Shown here: piece after piece, positions 8,422-17,200 of the stretch | How positions within the stretch are numbered: position 1 is the stretch's first letter | Layout: every line of letters starts with the position of its first letter | From: Candidatus Thorarchaeota archaeon | GTDB lineage: Archaea; Asgardarchaeota; Thorarchaeia; Thorarchaeales; Thorarchaeaceae | DNA length: 64,000 bases | Reading direction: 5' to 3' | NCBI GenBank assembly: GCA_048884965.1 | Contig: JBHLQH010000006.1 | Coordinates: 32,001 to 96,000, forward strand | Made by a program: the position numbers and the translations under genes | Notes under the pieces: generated by a model | What the model was told of the DNA's origin: nothing | Seen by the model: the letters and a program-made list of their open reading frames with translations, nothing else | The model's database searches: none

Positions 8422-10419
8422 TTACTCAACCTCTCTGTAATCAATCACTCCCATATCCCTTAGGTCCTTGACAATATCCTCAAGAAGTTCAAGTTTCATT
8501 TTACCAAATTGAAAACACAATCTATCCCAAATCTCCCCAAGTGGAGTCCATTTCTCACAGAGGTTTAGAAGTTCATCAATCCTGCTTGTTAGATCATGAT
8601 GTTCTTGCATAAGCAAGATGTATTTCTCATATCGTTCAGTATCCAGTTGTTTGAACGCACCTGGAGGCAATGCATATTCTAGCTTGCGCTTGATCTCAAT
8701 GACTGATTCAAAGGAATGCAAATCGAAGTGCGTTTCATCCTTTGCTTCTAATCCGACTTCAGCACAAGCACCAAGGTATGCCTTCCGTGTTAGTGCCATT
8801 TCAGTTGTATAATACATCTCAATACTTGTCTTTAGAGCGTTCCTAATCTCTCGATGCTCTGAGATCAAATGCCATTCCTTCTCAGCAATGTCTAGTGTGG
8901 CGAAACCAAGCTCCTTTGCATAGCGGAGCCACTTCATAGTTCGAGGATAGACTATCTCAGGATTCTCAGTACATCTACCAAGAACAGTCACTGCTTCGAT
9001 GCTAATTCTGTTCATGAGTTCCACAATCTCATTTCTGCAGATTGTAAGGAGCCGCTCCTTGCATGTGTATCTTGGATGAGCAAGTGTTAGTGCTGAAAGA
9101 GTCACGATTCGAGAAGCTCTAGCCATCTGTCCGAGATCGATCTTATCTATGGTGTCTGTTGATGTGTGATAGAACTTGTCAGGAAACTGATTCAACATTA
9201 TAGCAGGAATCGAAAGCGTCGAATCTGTGAACAAGAAATGGTCACTTCCTGCCGAATAGGGTCTGTACTTCCATGAAAGGGGTGCCATTGACCCTCCCTT
9301 TGAAGGGTTATGACTTCCGTCAGATTCGTTGCATATCCAATGAGATACAACATTGTTCAACGTGCTTGGCAATGAATAGGGCGTTCTGAATAGATTCATC
9401 ATTGAACCTGATTTGCAGGGGTCTGCACCAACCATATCTGCATTGATGACAAAGGCACACTTCCCTACTGCATCCTTTTCGTTGTGAATATACTCTATTG
9501 TTCCATGCCATTCTGGCATCCATATGAATCGTATTGAGAGATCTGGTTGCTCTATCTTACCTTCTTTGATTAGAGCACTGATTACTCGCAGAGCCTCAAG
9601 AATAGCAGCGCTTCCGGATGCGTTGTCATTTGCACCTGGGTGTGGATGGCAGATATGTGCCACAATCCAGACTTCTTTGCTGGTATCTTTTCCCTGCAAA
9701 AGTGCAGAGAGAACTCCCTGCGCACCCTTTCCTAGGTCTGCTTTAATCTTTGCTTGTATCTTGACGTCCTTCCCAGCTTCAAGCCACTCCTTCATCTTGA
9801 GACCATCCGCCTGTGTGAGGGCAAATCCAAATGTTGTCTTGTCTGCCTCGCCAGGATCTGGCCAGACGGCTTCATATCGACGGATATTAGCAATCTCGTC
9901 TTTCCCAGAAGGAGGAATGAACGTCAGAATTCCAATTGCTCCTCTTTCAATACATGCGGGTCGGTGAACTTGCGTTGCTCGAGATGTTGTCAAGACAAAT
10001 TTTCCCTTAACATCCTTACCTTCGTAGTCTTCCTTCAGGATACCTCTCCCGATATACACAACATCTCCAGCGATGTCAGCACTTCGAGAATGAGCGGCCA
10101 GTGAGATTGGTTCAGATGAGAAATCTGCTAGGGTCTTCTTCTCAGGCTCTAGTAAAACAAGCTTGCCGGATTCAGGAGTCCATCCATACAACTGGTCCCA
10201 TTTTCCTATGCCTCCTACTCCGTTCGCATCATATCTGTGTAGAGTTGCTTTCGCATCTGATACTCTCTCGACTTCTTCTTTCACGAAATTAAGTGCATCA
10301 ATCAGACCGGGACTTGCTTGGATGCGATGAAATCTTGAAATCTCAATTACATAGTCAAGCGCCTTCAAACCAGACACTGTATCAGCAACTGCTTCGACCA
10401 TATCATCGGGTAACAGCAT
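8422..10419 (-). CDS. M28-family aminopeptidase-like protein with PA domain (DUF4910-like)
   Basis: AHICH, GANDNASG, PEWHG, NADMVG, GSDH and YHTSTD motifs. Confidence 0.85.
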   Translation of the reverse strand: MLLPDDMVEAVADTVSGLKALDYVIEISRFHRIQASPGLIDALNFVKEEVERVSDAKATLHRYDANGVGGIGKWDQLYGWTPESGKLVLLEPEKKTLADFSSEPISLAAHSRSADIAGDVVYIGRGILKEDYEGKDVKGKFVLTTSRATQVHRPACIERGAIGILTFIPPSGKDEIANIRRYEAVWPDPGEADKTTFGFALTQADGLKMKEWLEAGKDVKIQAKIKADLGKGAQGVLSALLQGKDTSKEVWIVAHICHPHPGANDNASGSAAILEALRVISALIKEGKIEQPDLSIRFIWMPEWHGTIEYIHNEKDAVGKCAFVINADMVGADPCKSGSMMNLFRTPYSLPSTLNNVVSHWICNESDGSHNPSKGGSMAPLSWKYRPYSAGSDHFLFTDSTLSIPAIMLNQFPDKFYHTSTDTIDKIDLGQMARASRIVTLSALTLAHPRYTCKERLLTICRNEIVELMNRISIEAVTVLGRCTENPEIVYPRTMKWLRYAKELGFATLDIAEKEWHLISEHREIRNALKTSIEMYYTTEMALTRKAYLGACAEVGLEAKDETHFDLHSFESVIEIKRKLEYALPPGAFKQLDTERYEKYILLMQEHHDLTSRIDELLNLCEKWTPLGEIWDRLCFQFGKMKLELLEDIVKDLRDMGVIDYREVE

Positions 10420-10476
10420 TGTAATTCACAAAAGATTGCACTACAATACTACCATAAGTACTCTGCTGAAAGCGTG

Positions 10477-10523
10477 AAAAAAGAAGATTCACCGGCTCCC
10501 TCTGTATGCGGAACCGGATCTCT
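10477..10523 (-). terminator. Intrinsic terminator-like hairpin after ferritin
   Basis: Minus strand CCGGTTCC-loop-GGAGCCGG followed by TCTTCTTTTTT. Confidence 0.6.
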
Positions 10524-10536
10524 ATTCATACACCAA

Positions 10537-11064
10537 CTATGGTGCCATTGAATCAGCTGGAGGGGCAGGCGCAGGTGGTCTCGCACCAAGCTCCTTATCA
10601 AGCATGTAAAGGGCTTGAGCTGAGTCCCCCATTCTCTTCAAGTTGTCACGAATCTCACTAGTGTTCTTCTCTTCTTCAACCTGTTCGTTATAGAACCATT
10701 GAAGCAATCCTTGAGCACCTCTGTCCTTCTCCTCATCGGCTATATCTCCGATTCTGTAGATTCTTGCCGTGACCTTTCTCTCATGCTCATAGGCATCAGC
10801 AAACACCTCATGTGGTGAGGTCCATTCAGTTTTGGGTGCTTCGATCTCTTTGAAGATTACTCTTCCCCCGCGTTCGGTTACATGACGGTAGAATCTTATA
10901 GCATGGGCAAACTCCTCTTGGTATTGCACCTCCAACCAATGTGCGAATCCCGGTAAGTTTTGCTCTTGGCACCAGGATGCCATTGAAAGGTAGATGAACC
11001 CTGAATAGAGTTCATAGTTTATTTGATCGTTTATTGCATCGGTTAGTTTCTTACTAATCTCCAT
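10537..11064 (-). CDS. ftnA: Ferritin (non-haem)
   Basis: QINYELYS, EEFAH, EHERKVT and EQVEEE ferroxidase residues. Start set to ATG 11064 (MEISKK) behind AGGAG-like site. Confidence 0.92.
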   Translation of the reverse strand: MEISKKLTDAINDQINYELYSGFIYLSMASWCQEQNLPGFAHWLEVQYQEEFAHAIRFYRHVTERGGRVIFKEIEAPKTEWTSPHEVFADAYEHERKVTARIYRIGDIADEEKDRGAQGLLQWFYNEQVEEEKNTSEIRDNLKRMGDSAQALYMLDKELGARPPAPAPPADSMAP

Positions 11065-11225
11065 TGCATCTCGCCTTTCCTTTTTGTGTACTTCACTATC
11101 GTTATTTATCATATATTATAACTTTCGGTCTAACGCTTCATTTTGTAAGTATTCACTCAGTCCCACGAAGCTTTTTTACTGTCTCTCAATACAGATTCGA
11201 TATTACTGCATCCGGAGTAATGATC

Positions 11226-13967
11226 ATGGCAGATATCACCCTCTTTACCATAATCGTGAGTTTTATTCCGACACTCGTTGTAACATTGGTGTATACACTT
11301 CTGTTCGGAGAGAAGAGGAATCAATTCATTGAAGCATTCATTGGCATTTTGCTTGTCAATGCTATTGGATTCACTCTTCTGAATGTCTATCTCTCCACTG
11401 TATTCGTTCCCCCAGGGTTTAACCCTCAGACTTTTGGCGGCGAATTGAGTTGGGTCATTCTTTTGGAATTCTTGTTTCAAATCGGAAATGGACTCCAGAC
11501 ATTCTTCATTTGGATTACAATTTCCTTCGTTGCAGTTCTCTTTGGTCAGCTAGTAGTCATGCTCAAGATGTCACTGCAAGATCCTCTAAAGATGAAATTC
11601 AGTAACGTGATCAAACGAATTGTTGGGAAGGAGCCAGTTTCAGATGGATACTCAGGTCTGCGAGATCGTCTTCGGAATATCAAATTTGAAGGCGTTGAGC
11701 CCCAGCCGCTAAATCCAGAGGTCATCAGTAGGGCATGGAAAGAGTCATGGAGGGATTATCTACTCATCGGACTAGTTACAATTGTTCCATCGATATCCAT
11801 CTACATAAACCCTGTATCTGATGCATATGTGTATGGTATTCTCGTTTTTGCCATCTGGATTTACCGATTTGGCTACCCTGCATCAAATCGTATTGCCAAG
11901 GGTGCTGGATTGACACTAGGCAATCGTGATGTCGGTTCTGAGATGATGCGCGGGGTACTTGGTTGGTTCTTCAGATTGAACCTCCTTCTTTCTATCTTCA
12001 CAATTGGGATTGATGTGATTGGTGCCTTTAGTAATGGAACGATCAACCTAATGGCATATAATTATGCCATTGGTCTTGCTCTTGCCGGGGTGCCTATAGT
12101 TTATGCAATCATCATGCTCCCTCTTGTAGAGGACTTCTCTGTGGTGCTCTATAAGAAGGTCTTCGAATCAATATCCAGTCCAAAGCAGAAACTCCGTAGT
12201 CTGGATATAGTGGGGGCCCTCAGGAATATCGGATCTAGTGCAATAACGAGTCTTCTCGTTCTAGGTGCCTTTATTGGAACTGTTTTCGCAGTATGCATAA
12301 ACTATGCCGTTTATCATACAGGCGGCAATTTGTTTCTCTATCCAAGTCAAGTTGATGAATATGTATTGAATGCGATTTGGGGATCAACCAATATCGCTGG
12401 TATGATACCTGCTGTTACTTGGACAATAATGATGCTATTGATTCCCTTGGGAATGATTCTTCTGCTTGGAGTATTAGGATCGTACATCAAGAACTTCTTT
12501 GGAGGTCAGAATGAGGGATTTGCCTTCTTTGCAGGACTGATTGTATCAGTGGTGATTTGGTTCGTTCTACCCGGTATGGACTATGCACTTGGACTATATG
12601 CGACTCCTGTAGGTACGGGAGCTACTCGATTCTTCTGGTTACCTCCCTTTACGAATATTCCCAGTGATGCTGTTACCCTATACCGAATCATATCGCAATT
12701 CGTCATCAACCTACCAATGTATATCTCAGTGGTTCTCTTCATCCTATACTACTTTGAGTTCAAAGGCTCTTGGGAAGATGAAACTGGTGTTGAAGTTTCG
12801 CCCTTGGTCCATGTCACTCGAAGGGATATGTCCGATGTTGTGGTCCTGTTCACAGCTGGAATATTGGGGTCCATACTTGGTGTGATAATACTGAGCATCT
12901 TCATAGCTCCTCTGGATTTGTATTATTTGATGTGGTCACTGATTTCAGAGATAGGGAATCCTGACGGTTTGGAGCTGGTACTAGCGGAAAATGTAAGTTA
13001 TTTCATGATTGTTGCCGAGCACAATATTATTCGTACATTCCTTATGCTTGTGGCTGGGCCACTCTTCTGGATGCTCGTACTTTGGTTTGTTGCAGCTCAA
13101 AAGAAATCAAAGAGCAACAAGATGATAGGATTTACTGCTTTGCTACTAGTTCTTATTACTGGTGCAGCATCAGTCATCTGGACGATGGCGGACCTTGCCG
13201 CTGGAGTGTTCATCCCTGCAATGGAACCCCTCAACCCATCATGGCCTTGGACCTATGCGGCTCAGTTGGGATTACGAGCTGGATTCCTCTATGGTATCGT
13301 ATTTGGCGCATATCTTGTGATATTTCTAATCAATAGGTACGTGAGAGGGTCTGCAGGAGGTTGGTGGTTACCACCAATCCTGACATTCTTCGCGATAGAG
13401 TATTTTGTCTATGATGATCAATTCACGATCATTGCTGTAGTGATACTTCCGATGATACTCGCTGCATTTTCGAATCTTGGCTTCAAGAAGTCTGCCAATC
13501 CAGAATCATCAACCTCCTCAAGTTCTGAGGGTGACGATGAAAGATATGAGCTGACTTCAGAGCCAAAAGAAGAGGATTTCATCTTGACCTACATACGCTA
13601 TGGTCTGATGTCACTGGCAATAGCTGAGATTCTTTCAACCGCATTGTGGGTTGCAGGTATGGGCACAGCTGAGGCTCTCCTAGGATATGATGCATTTCTA
13701 TATGTCCTAGGGCTACTTCCTCATGGTCTAGTTGAAATCCCGACATTCCTATTTGCGGGAGCAGTGTCAATTAGAATCGCAAGAGACTTGGGTGAATACA
13801 TAAGCAACGAAGATTGGGACACCTATATTGAGAAGACAAAGAGTTTGCTAACAGATAGGAAGATCTGGCGTACTTTCGTCTTCATCATGTTCTTCTTGTT
13901 GATCGCAGCTTTGATTGAAGAGCACATTACAGATATTGTCGTGTTTATTGTACAGTATCTGCTGTAA
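11226..13967 (+). CDS. Large polytopic membrane protein with C-terminal SpoIIM/DUF95-like domain
   Basis: Roughly 20 hydrophobic segments. C-terminal LLPHGLVEIP...IAALIE motif. Start set to MADITL. Confidence 0.7.
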   Translation: MADITLFTIIVSFIPTLVVTLVYTLLFGEKRNQFIEAFIGILLVNAIGFTLLNVYLSTVFVPPGFNPQTFGGELSWVILLEFLFQIGNGLQTFFIWITISFVAVLFGQLVVMLKMSLQDPLKMKFSNVIKRIVGKEPVSDGYSGLRDRLRNIKFEGVEPQPLNPEVISRAWKESWRDYLLIGLVTIVPSISIYINPVSDAYVYGILVFAIWIYRFGYPASNRIAKGAGLTLGNRDVGSEMMRGVLGWFFRLNLLLSIFTIGIDVIGAFSNGTINLMAYNYAIGLALAGVPIVYAIIMLPLVEDFSVVLYKKVFESISSPKQKLRSLDIVGALRNIGSSAITSLLVLGAFIGTVFAVCINYAVYHTGGNLFLYPSQVDEYVLNAIWGSTNIAGMIPAVTWTIMMLLIPLGMILLLGVLGSYIKNFFGGQNEGFAFFAGLIVSVVIWFVLPGMDYALGLYATPVGTGATRFFWLPPFTNIPSDAVTLYRIISQFVINLPMYISVVLFILYYFEFKGSWEDETGVEVSPLVHVTRRDMSDVVVLFTAGILGSILGVIILSIFIAPLDLYYLMWSLISEIGNPDGLELVLAENVSYFMIVAEHNIIRTFLMLVAGPLFWMLVLWFVAAQKKSKSNKMIGFTALLLVLITGAASVIWTMADLAAGVFIPAMEPLNPSWPWTYAAQLGLRAGFLYGIVFGAYLVIFLINRYVRGSAGGWWLPPILTFFAIEYFVYDDQFTIIAVVILPMILAAFSNLGFKKSANPESSTSSSSEGDDERYELTSEPKEEDFILTYIRYGLMSLAIAEILSTALWVAGMGTAEALLGYDAFLYVLGLLPHGLVEIPTFLFAGAVSIRIARDLGEYISNEDWDTYIEKTKSLLTDRKIWRTFVFIMFFLLIAALIEEHITDIVVFIVQYLL

Positions 13968-13975
13968 GAAAATCG

Positions 13976-14010
13976 CACGGTCAAAATGGCCGTGCTTCTA
14001 TTTCTTTTTC
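13976..14010 (+). terminator. Intrinsic terminator-like hairpin
   Basis: GCACGGTCA-AAA-TGGCCGTGC followed by TTCTATTTCTTTTTC. Confidence 0.65.
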
Positions 14011-14108
14011 TAATAAATGATTTCGCGGTCTTATTCTATAAATCGTACAAGGTACATCAGCTAATAGCTTATATTCAAATCTTAATCAACTTAGTATGCA
14101 ATTCAAGA

Positions 14109-14191
14109 CAGCGCGCCGGCTGGTTTAGACTTGTATGTTTAGGCCGCCACATATCTAATAGACTACGACAAGTCAGACCTAGCTGCGCCTG
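14109..14191 (+). promoter_or_regulatory. Long stem-loop in 5' leader of giant surface protein gene
   Basis: Nested pairings CAG/CTG, GCGC/GCGC, GGCT/AGCT, GGTTT/AGACC and GACTTGT/ACAAGTC, ending at the GAGGAG RBS. Confidence 0.55.
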
Positions 14192-14205
14192 AGGAGACAA
14201 TTAAA

Positions 14206-17200
14206 ATGCGACTACGAGAAAAAAGACGTTCATTCTACTCGCTAGTTGCTGTTGGGATTTTTCTATTTTCCATGATTTACTCAGGAATGGCGACGCCAAT
14301 TCCTGAAGCAGGAACAGATTCTACAGTTATTTATTCTTATACTCAAACTTTGCCGGCGCAAAGCGGTGGAGAATCTGGCACATGGGTAAATTGGGAACAG
14401 GATTCTGACACAACAAGTGATGAGTGGACGTGGGAGAGTAAGAACTGGCTCTTTGGACCAAGTCCAAGCTTTGAGATATTCCATGAAAACGGATCTCCTT
14501 TGACCTCCGAAAGCTACGCTGAGATAAACGAGATTATTGATGTAGTAGTGACAGTACCTAAGGATATCCTACAAGGTGCAGATATTGGAGCAGTGAGATT
14601 CTACGGATGGTACAGAACCGCAGATTGGAACTTCTCAGCTGGTTTCGACTTCAGTTACGACAATTGGGAATATACATATCAAGCATGGAATGCTTGGAGC
14701 TATCAGTACAATAGGACTGATGAGGGAGGACCTCCACTGCCAAGCTTCGTAGATATCATTCCTACAAGTTGTTCTAACACAACTGATACACATAATTACT
14801 ACTTCACTTTTGCAGTTCGATTCACAGAATACACTCCACTGGGGCTATATGAACTGAACATGAATATTGAGGATAGTAATCACAACTACATTGGCTCATA
14901 CAACTTTGGCTCGGGATACCAGTTTCAAGGCATTGCCGTAGGAATGGACCCCGATGATGCTTGGAGCTACTCCTATGGAGGTAGCTATACGCTCCAAAAG
15001 TTGGATATGTCAGGTGATTTGCTATATTCAGTAAGTCGGGAAACTGACTTCAAGATGAGGTACAACATCACAGGAGACAATCCGGAATGGGCTATGCTTA
15101 GCTTCAATATGCCTGGTGGTATGCAAGTTCCTGTCACTCGAACTGGTTGGCATCAAATGCTTCAGACCTCTTTAGGAGGTTGGGTCTTTGATGAATCTCT
15201 TCAGACTTATGTTTGGGATGCTGGAGTAGAAGTCACGACTATGGTTGAAGTATATGGTCAGTACGATTCCTACGAATGGACAGACATAGGCCTATACTCT
15301 GAAGTCAATGTGACTCAACTTCGAGAGGAGTGGGACGGATCTACTTGGGTTAAATACCTCGAGAATTATACATACTGGGTAGAGAAGAAGATGTTCTTCC
15401 TGTACAACTTTACCTCTGGATTGTTTGAGGAATACTTCGGGTACCAGTACTATGGATATCCATATGATACTATTCTACCTGATACCTGGAACGAGGAGAT
15501 AACAGTCTTCGAACCTATCCCAGCTGACTTCCCAATCTTCTATGAAATGAATATTGGCGCATCTTCAGCGCAAACGATTGGCAATGAGATTGTCGTCGAT
15601 TTTGTTGGGCATTTCACAGAAATTATGCCTAAGACAGATCAATATTCATACTTTAGTTTCCAGACCCGTGTGATGGGTCCAGACTATGAGTTCTATCCAG
15701 ACACCTATGGTGAAAGACCAAGGCAAACACAACAAGACTTCGAGCTAGCAAGGAGCATAACAATTGAAAGCCCTGTTACTATTGCAAAGATTCTGAATTC
15801 CGATGGAACAGCACCTAATGGTTGGATGTTCCAAGTTGACCAAGAAGAAGAATTCAGAGTCCGAGGAAGACTTCAGGGAGGAAGTGCGATTGCAGACGAT
15901 ATCGATGGAGTTTCATTCTACCTAGAGGCATATGATAGCTTCTGGAGTGAAGATTACTACCGATGGTCAAACCTGCAATTTGTCATTGAAATTGAAAATG
16001 ATGGCACAGAAACACTGAAAGCTTTCAATATGACTCAGATGAACAACTACACCTTTGGTACATACATGGACTATGTTCTTATGAACCAAACAGGCTGGTA
16101 CTATTCCTACAACTCAACTACAAACTCTTGGCAGTGGGTCTATGGTGAGTACCAAGAATGGCAATGGGGTGAAGTAGAAGGCTGGCATTGGCAGGACTGG
16201 TACTTCAACCAAATAACCCAAAAATGGCAGAAAGAATGGATTCAGTATAGATCCGCAGAAACTGTTGTTTCAGCAAACTTTGGTACTGTATCATCGTATA
16301 CGAATTGGACAGATGGTGGTGATTTCTTCGCGACCTTCCTATTTACTCCTAGCACGAACATGCCCGAAACCAACTACTGGTGGGACTTCGCGTTCATGAA
16401 CCGAACTTGGTTTGAGGACTATTCTACAGGTTGGGGCGAGCATGAGGTCTTGAGCTGGGGTGAAGAATGGACACATAGCTTCGACTATAATACTGACCGA
16501 GTATATGTTGATGCTATTGTCGATAACCAGCTCGGTTATGAAGTTGTCAATGGAACAGCAAGTCCAACTACTCCTGATACTGGTGAGATGCTTCTTGGTA
16601 AAGAACGTCCATACATCATGATTGATGGAGTAAAGTACCCAATCAAAATACGTGAGAACTATGATCCTTGGAGTGGTTATACTTGGGAAACCCTGTATTT
16701 CTATGATCACTATGATCCAGCAACAGGACAAGATGTATACTACTACGAGCTATTGAATGGCACAAAGGTATGGGTATCATCTGTGGAAACATACTATATC
16801 TATAACGTTACTACAACAACCGGAGATAGTTTCCTAACTGCAATGGATTATGCGAACTCATACAATACTGGGTCAACATACGAATACTTCTGGATTGACA
16901 TTGATGGAGTTGTGCATCATGGCGACTATAGTATATATGGAACATACAACCTTGCATACTTTGGTTTCCATGACCAAGTTGAGAGAACCCCAAATCCAAC
17001 ATTCAAAGGATTTGTTCTGTATGGTACTGGACTTACCATGCTAAAAATCATTGATTTCTGGTGGAACAGTGCTACTCAGCAATATTACATGACCACTGAA
17101 GGCGGTGTTCTTGTACCGATGAAGTACAATTCGGCGACCTATCGATATGAGATATACTACGGTGGCTCTTGGCAACCATGCTCCTGGCCTCAGGAGTTCT

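Noticed and set aside
11064-11225. Extended 5' ends in the ORF track (also rpe, mutS, mtrH-like, 32643, 59012)
   Set aside because: Extensions overlap neighbouring genes, promoters or terminators. Downstream starts with RBS or homology-consistent N-termini were preferred.
13986-14192. 68-aa ORF upstream of the surface protein
   Set aside because: Overlaps a terminator, promoter-like AT tract and leader hairpin. No protein-like features.
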